From: Pedosphaera sp.
Lineage (GTDB): Bacteria; Verrucomicrobiota; Verrucomicrobiia; Limisphaerales; SIBH01
DNA length: 28,256 nucleotides
Assembly: GCA_031414955.1 (NCBI GenBank)
Contig: JANOQV010000054.1
Location: forward strand, 1 to 28,256
Direction of reading: 5' to 3'
Notes under the pieces: generated by a model
Told to the model about the DNA's origin: nothing
Seen by the model: only the letters and a program-made list of their open reading frames with translations
The model's database searches: none
In this document: piece after piece, positions 1 to 8,469 of the stretch
Numbering within the stretch: the first letter of the stretch is position 1
How the letters are laid out: every line of letters starts with the position of its first letter
Program-made: the position numbers and the translations under genes

Positions 1-155
1 CCCGGGCGGAGGGCGCGCCTAATGCTTTGCGGCCCAAACCCCAACCCCCCCCCCCCCCCGATTGTTTGGCGCCGCTCCGGTTCATGGGCAGGGAAAACCC
101 ATTCACGACGCGCGACCATCTCCAGCGGCACGCCCGCACACCGCGCTTGGCCAGA

Positions 156-1754
156 CTACAACTTCACCACCCGCACGTTGCTGATGTCCTGGTCCTTCGC
201 GATCTCGTCGAGCAGAGCCTGCGGCGGCACGCTGTCCAGGTTCAACACCGTCATGGCCTGCCCGCCCGACTCGTCGCGGCTCAGGCTCATGCTGGCGATG
301 TTCACGCCATGCTTGCCCATCAAGGTGCCGATGTGCCCGACGATGCCGGGCCGGTCCTTGTTGTTCATCAGAAAGACCACGCCACTGGGCACAATCTCCA
401 CCGGCTGGCTGAACAGCCGCACGATGCGCGGATTGTTCGGCGAACCGAAGAACGTGCCGCCCGCCGACACCTTCTCGCCGCCCGGCGCGAAGACCGAGAC
501 ATGCAGCCACTCGTTGAACGTCACCGGCTCGTCGCTGCGCTTTTCCTCCACGCTGATGCCCGCCGCCGTGGCCGCCGCGCGCACGTTGACGTTGTTCACG
601 TCCTTGATTCCACCCGCGTGCATCAGGCCGAGCAGGATGGTGCGGGTGATGGGATCAATGTTCGGCAAATCCTTCGCCTTGCCGCCGTAAACGATGTGGA
701 CGCGCTCGATGTTGGCCGGCGCGACCTGGCTGAGCAGCTTGCCCAGCTTCTCGCCCAAGACCAGATACGGCTGCACCTGTTCGTAAGTCTTGGCGTCGAT
801 GAAGGGCAGGTTGACCGCGTTGCGCACTTCGCCCGTGAGCAGATAGGCCGCGATGATTTCCGCGACCTCGATGCCGCACTTCACCTGCGCCTCGCTCGTG
901 CTCGCGCCCAGATGCGGGGTGAGCAACACATTGGGCAGCTTGCGCAACGGATGGTCCGCCGCCAGCGGCTCCTCGCAGAACACATCCAGCGCCGCGCCCG
1001 CCACTTTCTTCGACTCCAGGGCCGCGATCAGATCCTTCTCCTCGATGATTTCCCCGCGCGCGCAGTTCACGATGCGCACGCCGGGTTTCATCTTGGCGAA
1101 GGCGTCGGCGTTCAACATCCCGCGCGTCTGATCTGTGACCGGCATGTGGACGGTGATGAAATCTGCCGCGCGATAAATCGCATCCAGCTCCCCGACCAGT
1201 TCCACGCCGAGCTGCTTCGCGCGGGCCTCGGTCAGGAACGGGTCATAGGCCAGCACCTTCATGCCGAAGGCCAGCGCGCGCCGCGCCACTTCGCTGCCGA
1301 TGCGGCCCATGCCGAGCACGCCGAGGGTCTTGCCGTTGACTTCCACGCCGGAGAAAAGCTTGCGGTCCCACTTGCCCGCCGCCATGGACGCGCCCGCCGG
1401 GGCGATGTGCCGGGCCAGCGCGCCGAGCATGAAGAAGGTCAGCTCGGCCGTAGTCACGGTGTTGCCGCCGGGGGTGTTCATCACCACCACGCCGCGCTGG
1501 GTGGCGGCGTCCACGTCCACGTTGTCGATGCCCACGCCGGCGCGGCCCACCACGCGCAGCTTGGGCGCGGCCTCGATGACTTTCTTCGTCACTTTGGTTT
1601 CGGAGCGCACCACCATGGCCTCGACGTCCTTGACGAGAGGAATCAGCTCCGCCTCGGAGAGGCGCTGGTCGAGCACGGTGACTTTGAATTCCGGGCGGGA
1701 CTGGAAGAGAGCAATGCCCTTGGGCGAAATCGGGTCGCAGATGAGTACGTTCAT
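156..1754 (-). CDS. serA: D-3-phosphoglycerate dehydrogenase (type I, C-terminal regulatory/ACT domains)
   Basis: Motifs VGRAGVGIDNVD, GVLGMGRIG (NAD binding), VNCARG, TPHLGAST and ACT-like NKDRPGIVG. Start placed at ATG 1754 (MNVLICD); the ORF-track extension runs into a repeat. Confidence 0.96.
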   Translation of the reverse strand: MNVLICDPISPKGIALFQSRPEFKVTVLDQRLSEAELIPLVKDVEAMVVRSETKVTKKVIEAAPKLRVVGRAGVGIDNVDVDAATQRGVVVMNTPGGNTVTTAELTFFMLGALARHIAPAGASMAAGKWDRKLFSGVEVNGKTLGVLGMGRIGSEVARRALAFGMKVLAYDPFLTEARAKQLGVELVGELDAIYRAADFITVHMPVTDQTRGMLNADAFAKMKPGVRIVNCARGEIIEEKDLIAALESKKVAGAALDVFCEEPLAADHPLRKLPNVLLTPHLGASTSEAQVKCGIEVAEIIAAYLLTGEVRNAVNLPFIDAKTYEQVQPYLVLGEKLGKLLSQVAPANIERVHIVYGGKAKDLPNIDPITRTILLGLMHAGGIKDVNNVNVRAAATAAGISVEEKRSDEPVTFNEWLHVSVFAPGGEKVSAGGTFFGSPNNPRIVRLFSQPVEIVPSGVVFLMNNKDRPGIVGHIGTLMGKHGVNIASMSLSRDESGGQAMTVLNLDSVPPQALLDEIAKDQDISNVRVVKL

Positions 1755-1771
1755 AAATGATGGGGCGGAAT

Positions 1772-1872
1772 GAACTTCGAGCACTGAACACTGAACATCG
1801 AACGCCGAACGGGAAAGGAGCGCGCGCGTCCCCCTTCGATGTTCAGTGTTCGATTTTCGATGTTCGATGTTC
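1772..1872. repeat. Inverted heptamer-array hairpin element (GAACATC-like units)
   Basis: Left arm gaacttc-gagcact-gaacact-gaacatc-gaacgcc-gaac (1772-1810); right arm ttcgatg-ttcagtg-ttcgatt-ttcgatg-ttcgatg-ttc (1835-1872) is its reverse-complement array. Confidence 0.88.
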
Positions 1873-1949
1873 CCGTCATGATTCCAAAATGGAGCGGGAC
1901 TGTAGGCAAGGGGCCGGGGGCGGTCAAATGTTTGGACGACGAGCGGATC

Positions 1950-2531
1950 TCACGGCACGGACGGCTTGGCGGCACTGTTGGTCCAGCCCCCCAACTGTTT
2001 GCGGCGCGCTTCCTTTTCCAGCGCGTCGAGCTTGGCGACATGCGCGGAAGATTTCTCGCCGCTGGGCAGGTTGGCATTGACACCTTTGACCTGGGCCAGC
2101 CCTTCGCTCACGAGGATTTCCGCCAGGCTCTTGTCGCCCAGCATGACAATTCCGTAATAGCGCACGTCGCGGGCGCGGCCGGCGGCATTGGCCCAGCGCG
2201 TGTGAACGACAAAAGGCTGGCGCAGCAATTCCTTCGTCCGTTCCCGGGCCAGAGCCCCGACTTTGAGCGCCGTGTCGAGCGTGATGCCGAAATGCCCGGC
2301 CTGGAGCCGCACGCGTTCCGCGTAGGTGAGAGTGGTTTCGGGCGCATCCACGAAATACAGGCGCAGGTTGAATTCGTTGGTCGGTGTGCGCACGCGGAAG
2401 CTGTCGCCATCGCCATCCTTGTGCTCGACGTATTGGCAGTTCGTGAGCGTGAGCCACGGCCTGGTCGCGGCGGCCTGGACCGAGCACGCCACCAAACACA
2501 ACACCAACACGCCGATTCGCTGGTTCATCAT
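1950..2531 (-). CDS. Secreted thermonuclease (SNase-like) family protein
   Basis: Signal-like N-terminus (MMNQRIGVLVLCLVACSVQA), DGDGDSFRV, LRLYFVDAPE, LVSEGLA, and EKEARRKQLGGW near the end. Start may be 2540, 2531 or 2528. Confidence 0.85.
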   Translation of the reverse strand: MMNQRIGVLVLCLVACSVQAAATRPWLTLTNCQYVEHKDGDGDSFRVRTPTNEFNLRLYFVDAPETTLTYAERVRLQAGHFGITLDTALKVGALARERTKELLRQPFVVHTRWANAAGRARDVRYYGIVMLGDKSLAEILVSEGLAQVKGVNANLPSGEKSSAHVAKLDALEKEARRKQLGGWTNSAAKPSVP

Positions 2532-2596
2532 TCGCAACATCGTCGGCGACCTTACCGCTCCCCTGCTCCGTCCGTCCATCCGTCTTTGAGACACTT

Positions 2597-2983
2597 TTAT
2601 CGCCGGGGACGAGGCTCGGGTTGACGGACGACCCGCACCACGTCCCAAGGCAGAAGCAATGTGTCCAAGACGAAAGAGAACGGAAAATCCAAGACCATGA
2701 AGACGTAACCAGGGCCGCTGGCCTGGCCGGAATGATACTCCGAGGGCGAAGCTCCCTGCCATGCCCTCGGATTCTTCGCGGCGCGCCCTTCCGAGGGCGG
2801 CTTCGATGGCGGATGCTTGGAGGTGTCTTGCGCCAGTTCCTGGCCGTAGGCGCGCATGGTCGGATAGAGCGCGGGCTCACCAAGGAGGTGGGTATTGATC
2901 GAACCGCACCCAGCCGTGAGGACAAGGACTGCCAGAGCCACCCACCGGAGCGCAATCTGGAGATTTTTTGGAAACAAAGTCAT
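2597..2983 (-). CDS. YceK/YidQ-family lipoprotein
   Basis: Lipobox LTAG-C followed by GSI, and the family signature DFPFSFVLDTLLLPWD. Confidence 0.8.
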   Translation of the reverse strand: MTLFPKNLQIALRWVALAVLVLTAGCGSINTHLLGEPALYPTMRAYGQELAQDTSKHPPSKPPSEGRAAKNPRAWQGASPSEYHSGQASGPGYVFMVLDFPFSFVLDTLLLPWDVVRVVRQPEPRPRR

Positions 2984-3061
2984 GAGCGGACGATGTGCAG
3001 GCCGGTCCTGGATTTCAATCCACGAGCACGGCACCTCGCAGCCCCATCTCGCGCCACCCGG

Positions 3062-4429
3062 TCAGGCCGCTGAACAAACGAGCTTCCCGACCACGATGGT
3101 CGCCACGGCGCGGCCCTTGAGCTTCCAACCGTGGAAGGGCGAGTTCTTCGACTTGCTGGCGGATTCCCGGCGGTCGTAGATCCACTCGACGTCGGGATCG
3201 AACACGGTCACATCCGCGTCCGCACCCACGCTCAACGTGCCCTTGGGCAACTTCAACAATCGGGCCGGCGCAACGGTGAACTTCGCGATGAGGTCCGGGA
3301 GCGAGAGACGCTTGGTGTGATAAAGCTGCATCAACGAGAGCGGCAGCTCGGTGTCAAAACCGGTGATGCCAAACGGCGCGTAGTCGAACTCCACTTCCTT
3401 CTCGAAGTCGCAGTGGGGCGCATGATCGCTGCAAAGAATCTCAATCGTGCCGTCGCATAAACCCTCCAGCACCGCCTCGCGATCGGCGGCGGAACGCAGG
3501 GGCGGGTTCATTTTGAAATTGGTGTCGTACTTGGGCCAGGACGGTTTGGCCGTCCCGTCGCCATAGCCGAAGACTTTCTTCCCGTCGTCCTTCCAGAATT
3601 CGTCACTGCCCGCGACTGCCGCGTCGGTCAGCACGAAATGATGCGGGCAGGCCTCGCCCGAGATCGGCACGCCGCGTTTCTTCGCCGCGCGGAGCAATTC
3701 CACCGAGCGCGCCGAACTGAGGTGCTGGCAATGGATACGAGTGCCGGTGAGTTCCGCGAGCAGGATGTTGCGCGCCACGATCATGTCCTCGCCCGAGGCC
3801 GGCCAACCGCGCAAGCCCAGCGCCGCGCTCCAATAGCCCTCGTGCATCACGCCGTCGGACACGAGCGCGTAATCCTGGCAATGGTCCATCACCGGCAGGT
3901 CGAACATCCGCGCATACTCCATGGCCCGGCGCATCAAGTCGTTGTTCTGCACGCAGTGGCCGTCGTCCGTGATGGCCACGATGCCGGCCTGCTTGAGCGA
4001 GCCGATGGGCGCAAGCTCCTCGCCCGCGATGCCCTTGGTGATGGCGCCCGTCACGAACACATTCACCACGCCTTCGCGCGCGGCCTTTTCCTTCACCAGT
4101 GCGACGGCGGCCGGGTTATCGATGCTGGGCGAAGTGTTCGGCATGCACACGATGGTGGTGAACCCGCCGCGCGCCGCCGCCTTCGTTCCGGTGGCGATGG
4201 TCTCCTTGGCCGACTGGCCCGGCTCGCGCAGATGGACATGAAGATCGATCAATCCCGGGCAAACAACTTGGCCCGTGGCGTCCAGCCGTTCGCAATCCGC
4301 GCCGGCCTGTTTCGCCGCGTCCAGGCCCACCGCCGCGACCTTGCCATCGCGCAACAACACGTCGGCCACGGAATCAAAGTTGTTGGCAGGATCCACCACC
4401 CGGCCACCAGTAATCAGGAGCGAACTCAT
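3062..4429 (-). CDS. pyrC: Dihydroorotase (class I)
   Basis: PGLIDLHVHLREPG, GGFTTIVCMPNT, EACPHHF, FKMNPPLR and SDHAPH. Start at ATG 4429 (MSSLLITGGRVVDP). Confidence 0.95.
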   Translation of the reverse strand: MSSLLITGGRVVDPANNFDSVADVLLRDGKVAAVGLDAAKQAGADCERLDATGQVVCPGLIDLHVHLREPGQSAKETIATGTKAAARGGFTTIVCMPNTSPSIDNPAAVALVKEKAAREGVVNVFVTGAITKGIAGEELAPIGSLKQAGIVAITDDGHCVQNNDLMRRAMEYARMFDLPVMDHCQDYALVSDGVMHEGYWSAALGLRGWPASGEDMIVARNILLAELTGTRIHCQHLSSARSVELLRAAKKRGVPISGEACPHHFVLTDAAVAGSDEFWKDDGKKVFGYGDGTAKPSWPKYDTNFKMNPPLRSAADREAVLEGLCDGTIEILCSDHAPHCDFEKEVEFDYAPFGITGFDTELPLSLMQLYHTKRLSLPDLIAKFTVAPARLLKLPKGTLSVGADADVTVFDPDVEWIYDRRESASKSKNSPFHGWKLKGRAVATIVVGKLVCSAA

Positions 4430-4505
4430 CGGCGCGGATGCTTGCGGAGGAGGCAGAGCGCGTAAAGAAACAACTGGAATGGCGGCTTTCCAGGAACGTG
4501 GCTTT

Positions 4506-4617
4506 CCCGGCGCGCGGGTTTTCAACCCGCAGCAACATTCGCAAGCCGAGGGCGTGGGAACTGGCGGACACCGCTCTTCTTTTCACGCTGCTGCGGGTTG
4601 AAAACCCGCGCGCCGGG
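4506..4617. repeat. REP-doublet (REPIN)-like element: perfect 29-bp inverted repeat with 54-bp spacer
   Basis: cccggcgcgcgggttttcaacccgcagca (4506-4534) and its exact reverse complement (4589-4617). Each arm contains its own hairpin gcgggtt-ttc-aacccgc. Confidence 0.88.
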
Positions 4618-4644
4618 CGAAAGCAAAAACATTTGCCGCTATGC

Positions 4645-4674
4645 TTGACACAATAACTACCCGAGTAGTATTAC
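4645..4674 (+). promoter_or_regulatory. Putative sigma70 promoter of the blaI-M56 operon overlapped by a palindromic operator
   Basis: Perfect TTGACA at 4645-4650. ACTAC-ccga-GTAGT at 4656-4669. Candidate -10 boxes are TAGTAT (4666) or TATTAC (4669), both with imperfect spacing. Confidence 0.65.
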
Positions 4675-4698
4675 CACGGTCGTCTTAACCAAAAACCT

Positions 4699-5085
4699 AT
4701 GAACAAACCACGCACTCACCGACTCGGAGATCTCCAGCATGCCATCATGCAAGTCCTTTGGCAGCGCAACGAAGGGACCGTGAGCGAGGTCTTCGAGGTC
4801 GTCGGCAAGAAGCGCGAACTGGCCTACACCACCATCGCCACCATGCTGCGCAAGATGGAGGCGCGCGGGTTGGTCAGTCATCGCACGGACGGACGCACCT
4901 TCATCTACCGCGCGGTGATTGAGGAACACGCCGTCACCAGCAACATGTCCGGGCACCTCCTCGACCGCTTCTTCGAGGGCAGCCTGACCGATCTGGTCTG
5001 CCATCTCCTCGATACGCGCGAGGTGAGCCGCGATGAACTGGCCAAGATCGAGAAGCTCATCGCGCAACGGAGGAAGGCGAAATGA
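4699..5085 (+). CDS. BlaI/MecI/CopY-family transcriptional repressor
   Basis: LGDLQHAIMQVLW, LAYTTIATMLRKMEARGLV, GRTFIYRA, LLDRFFEGS. ATGA overlap with the next gene. Confidence 0.93.
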   Translation: MNKPRTHRLGDLQHAIMQVLWQRNEGTVSEVFEVVGKKRELAYTTIATMLRKMEARGLVSHRTDGRTFIYRAVIEEHAVTSNMSGHLLDRFFEGSLTDLVCHLLDTREVSRDELAKIEKLIAQRRKAK

Positions 5086-8000
5086 ATACCTGGCCCACGC
5101 TCCAGGAATGGTGGCAGTTCGGCGGCGCGCTGACACTGGAAGTCGGCATCCTCTTTCTTGCCGCGAAGCTGATCGCGCTGCGGCTTCGCTCCGCGCCATG
5201 GCGGCGTGCGCTTTGGCAGACAGTGGTCGTCGCAATGTTCATCGTGGTGGTTGGGGAATTGAACGGCGTGCGTGGGCTGATGATCCCGCGTCGCGAACCG
5301 GCCGTCCCGGCTCCAACGCAACGCGCCGTCGTGGTCACTTTCAAGGACGCTGAGTTGCCTGCTCCGCTTCCGCTGGAGGTGGTTTTGCCCGATCAAGTCC
5401 TGACCCGGGAGCAGCCGGCCACCCTCTCTCGGTGGCAAGAGCAAGCCCCCTGGCCGGCGCTGGCCTGGCTTGCCGGAACCCTGCTCGTCGCCGGCCGTGT
5501 CCTGCTCGCACAATTCATAGCTTTGGTTTTCCGACTTTCGTGCCGGCGCACCGATGACCCCGTCCTGAACGCGCGAGGAGAGCAAATCCGCCGCACGCTG
5601 GGAGTACGCCGCCGGGTCAGGTTTGTAGAAAGCGCGCGGGCGGTGGCCCCGTTCACCTTCGGCACCCTGTGGCCGGTCATTGTCCTGCCGCGCCGGTTCA
5701 CCGACACCTTCACGCCGGAGCAGCAGGACGCCGCGCTGCTGCACGAGATGGCGCATGTCGCCGGGTTTGATTCGGCGTGGCGTGGTCTGAGCGATATGGC
5801 GGTTACGCTGTTCTGGTGGCATCCGCTGGCGTGGCTGGCCCGGCGCGAACTCGCGCACGCCAGCGAACTAGCCGCCGACGAATCGAGCCTGCTTCTGCAC
5901 GACGGCCCGGGCCGTCTCGCGGAATGTCTCGTGGCCTGCGCGAAGGAACTGCGCCGGCCCGCCCTCACGACCTGGCTCGGCATGGACGGCGGCGGTTTCC
6001 GCTCTGCGCTTGGCCGGCGCGTAGCACGACTGCTCGAACTCCCGGCGCGCGCCCGCCTCAGCCGGCCCGTGCCGTGGTATGTGCGCCTCCTCGCGCCGGT
6101 TGTTGTCACCGCGTTCCTTTGGATGGGAATGGTGATGATGATGAAGCCCGGCCCGACGCATGACGTCGCCTGGCACGCCTCGATTCTTGGCCGCGCGTTC
6201 GCAGCCCAGGCGGAGGATAAAGCGCCCGTCACCTCGCCACGGGCGGCGCAAGTTGAAGTGGCCAGCACCAACCGGGAGGCTGCGGATCAAGCCGCTCAGG
6301 AAATTGCCACCGCCTACCGCGACCAGCTTCGCTCCGAGGTCGCGAAGCGAGTTCAGGACGGAAAGCTTTTCTACGAAACCGGACGCTATGAAGCCGCCCG
6401 CTCCAACCTACAGGCCGCTCTGCGACTCGATCCGAAACACCCGGGTGCGGAATACTATTTGAGCCTCTTGAACGCCAGTTTGTCTTTGGCTGCGGCTCGC
6501 GACAGCGCCAACGCGGGCGGTGCCTCGCGGCTCCATCCACAGCGGCAGCTCATCTCCGACCAGCTTCGGCAGATAAACCTGGCGGAGTGGGGGCCGATCG
6601 ACAACCGGCCATTGAGCGAAGTCATCCGCGATCTGAACGACGCAATCATCCGCCGGGACAAGGGCGGCAAGGGCATCAGCATTTTCATCAGTTCCAATGC
6701 CGCTCCGGCCTGGGGCGGGGCGGGCCTGGCCTTGGACCCGGCCGGACTGCCGATACCTGCCGCAGCCGGAGAAGCCTTGGATTTGAACGGCGTCAACATC
6801 CGGCTCGGTACCAAACTCAAGGAACTGAGCATCGAGGAAATTTTGAACATCCTCATGGTCGTCGCCGAGACGAAGATCAAATATACGGTCGAAGATTTCG
6901 GCATCATGATTTCGTCCAGGGGCAACGAGCCGACTCCCTTGCACACGCGCTTCTTCCGCATGGACCCGAATACTTTTCAACAGGCTCTGCAGTCCGTCCA
7001 AACGCAGGCTCTGACCAACCGGACTTCTGACCCGACTTCTCCTCGGGGCGGAAAGCTCTCGCGAACCAACTCCTTCATGACCGAGGTTGACCCGGCTGCG
7101 AGCGCGATCCCGCATGTGCGGCAATTGTTCAAATCGGCGGGCGTGGATTTGTCCGGGCCGGGCAAGTCGATCTTCTACAACGACCGGATTGGTGCGCTCA
7201 TGGTGCGGGCCACTCTGCAGGAACTGGATACCGTGGAGACGGTGATGCAGATGCTGAACATGAACCCTCCGCAGGTGGAGATTCAGGTCAAGGTGATGGA
7301 GGTGCGGCGGGATGAATCCAACAAGCTGGACCTGAACCTTTTCCTGGGCGCGGTCACGAACGGCACGGCGGGCGAGCGCCGCCTAGCCCAGGATCTCACC
7401 CTTGAGCAGATGCGAAGTTCCAGGCCGGAACCGGCGACATTCACGGGCCTTCTCACTGACGAGCAGTTCCGGGCGGCGGTCAAAGTACTGGAGCAACGCG
7501 GCGGCACGGACTTGTTGAGCGCGCCCAAGGTCACGACTTTGAGCGGACGGCAGGCGCAGATCCAAGTCGTGAACATCAAGTACATCGTCACCGATCTCGA
7601 AATCAAAAAAGAGGCCACCGCCAAAGAGGCCCCAATCAAAGGTGCCCCAACCCAGGAAACGGCCGCGCAGGTGGAGCGAAGAAAGGCATTCAAGTCCGAG
7701 ATCCGCAGTGGCGATCCTACGGTGTTGCTTCTGGTGTCGGACGATGAAAGCACGGTCCCGCCCATTGCCGAACCGTTCGAGCTGGGACTGGTCATTGATG
7801 TCATCCCGTATGTGAACGCTGATGGTCGCACCATCCAAATGACCGTTCTGCCCAAGCTGCGGGAGTTTCTCGGTTACGATCCAGATCCGCTGAGGCGGAA
7901 GGAGGATATTCAGGCCACAGGCGGACCATTCGCAAATAACCAAATCACGACTCCCCGGCCAAAATTCCGCCTGCGCCAGGTCTCGACCACGACCACGGTC

Positions 8001-8165
8001 CTCGACGGTCAGACGCTGGTGATTGGCGCGGGCACGGCGCGCACCGTGGAACGGAAGCGCGGGGCTAGCGGCGTCAGCACCACCAACTACGTGGAGAAGG
8101 AACTGTTCTTCTTCATCACCCCGCGTGTGCTCGACCCGGCGGGCAATCTCCTTCGCGCCGAGTGA
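5082..8165 (+). CDS. M56 (BlaR1/MecR1-type) metallopeptidase fused to a TPR and secretin (GspD/PilQ-like) domains
   Basis: N-terminal TM helices, APFTFGTLWPVIVLP, HEMAH (5742-5756), WWHPLAW, ELAAD, then a TM helix. TPR from about 6351. Secretin-core motifs from about 7266: PPQVEIQVKVMEV, LLSAPKVTTLSGRQAQIQV, ELGLVIDVIPYVNADG, TVLDGQTLVIG, ELFFFITPRVL. Confidence 0.88.
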   Translation: MNTWPTLQEWWQFGGALTLEVGILFLAAKLIALRLRSAPWRRALWQTVVVAMFIVVVGELNGVRGLMIPRREPAVPAPTQRAVVVTFKDAELPAPLPLEVVLPDQVLTREQPATLSRWQEQAPWPALAWLAGTLLVAGRVLLAQFIALVFRLSCRRTDDPVLNARGEQIRRTLGVRRRVRFVESARAVAPFTFGTLWPVIVLPRRFTDTFTPEQQDAALLHEMAHVAGFDSAWRGLSDMAVTLFWWHPLAWLARRELAHASELAADESSLLLHDGPGRLAECLVACAKELRRPALTTWLGMDGGGFRSALGRRVARLLELPARARLSRPVPWYVRLLAPVVVTAFLWMGMVMMMKPGPTHDVAWHASILGRAFAAQAEDKAPVTSPRAAQVEVASTNREAADQAAQEIATAYRDQLRSEVAKRVQDGKLFYETGRYEAARSNLQAALRLDPKHPGAEYYLSLLNASLSLAAARDSANAGGASRLHPQRQLISDQLRQINLAEWGPIDNRPLSEVIRDLNDAIIRRDKGGKGISIFISSNAAPAWGGAGLALDPAGLPIPAAAGEALDLNGVNIRLGTKLKELSIEEILNILMVVAETKIKYTVEDFGIMISSRGNEPTPLHTRFFRMDPNTFQQALQSVQTQALTNRTSDPTSPRGGKLSRTNSFMTEVDPAASAIPHVRQLFKSAGVDLSGPGKSIFYNDRIGALMVRATLQELDTVETVMQMLNMNPPQVEIQVKVMEVRRDESNKLDLNLFLGAVTNGTAGERRLAQDLTLEQMRSSRPEPATFTGLLTDEQFRAAVKVLEQRGGTDLLSAPKVTTLSGRQAQIQVVNIKYIVTDLEIKKEATAKEAPIKGAPTQETAAQVERRKAFKSEIRSGDPTVLLLVSDDESTVPPIAEPFELGLVIDVIPYVNADGRTIQMTVLPKLREFLGYDPDPLRRKEDIQATGGPFANNQITTPRPKFRLRQVSTTTTVLDGQTLVIGAGTARTVERKRGASGVSTTNYVEKELFFFITPRVLDPAGNLLRAE

Positions 8166-8222
8166 TTCACCGGCTGGGATGATTAAAACAAACAAGCGCG
8201 GCCCCCGCCGCGCCTGTTGCTC

Positions 8223-8250
8223 TTCACCCTCAACTCTCAACCCTCAACCC
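8223..8250. repeat. Short tandem heptamer array (TCAACCC-like x4)
   Basis: ttcaccc tcaactc tcaaccc tcaaccc; no complementary arm nearby. Confidence 0.7.
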
Positions 8251-8254
8251 GGCT

Positions 8255-8392
8255 TCAGTTCCCGCCCCAGGCGATGCTCTGGATGTCGCTGTCCAGGCCG
8301 ATCTCCTCGTCGGCGATCACGCCGCGCAACATGTATTCGCGCACCTCGGGCACGCCTGCCTGGAAGAGCGGATTGCCGTCGATATAAAGCGA
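8255..8392 (-). pseudogene. Probable 3' remnant of a hypothetical protein gene
   Basis: SLYIDGNPLFQAGVPEVREYMLRGVIADEEIGLDSDIQSIAWGGN* has host-like GC-rich third codon positions and a protein-like composition. Coding character fades upstream of about 8392. Confidence 0.5.
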
Positions 8393-8469
8393 GCATATCG
8401 AGCGGATGAGGGTGGCGAATTGCAGACGCTTTGCTCGAATAGGCCGGTGAGCTACAGTCACCTGACCTC

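Noticed and set aside
45..59. 15-nt poly-C tract as a phase-variation site
   Set aside because: It is at the window edge with no assignable gene and could be a sequencing or assembly artefact.
27..1760. 577-aa plus-strand ORF
   Set aside because: Antisense shadow of serA, typical of high-GC codon bias, with no recognisable motifs.
1772..1872. CRISPR array interpretation of the periodic repeats
   Set aside because: Units are 7 bp with no unique spacers between them, and there are no cas genes.
4430..4525. N-terminal extensions of pyrC (and of serA, the nuclease and MMPL) in the ORF track
   Set aside because: They run through repeats or intergenic DNA; family similarity begins at downstream ATGs.
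4699..8165. Beta-lactam resistance (bla/mec) locus
   Set aside because: There is no penicillin-binding sensor domain and no beta-lactamase or PBP gene in the window.
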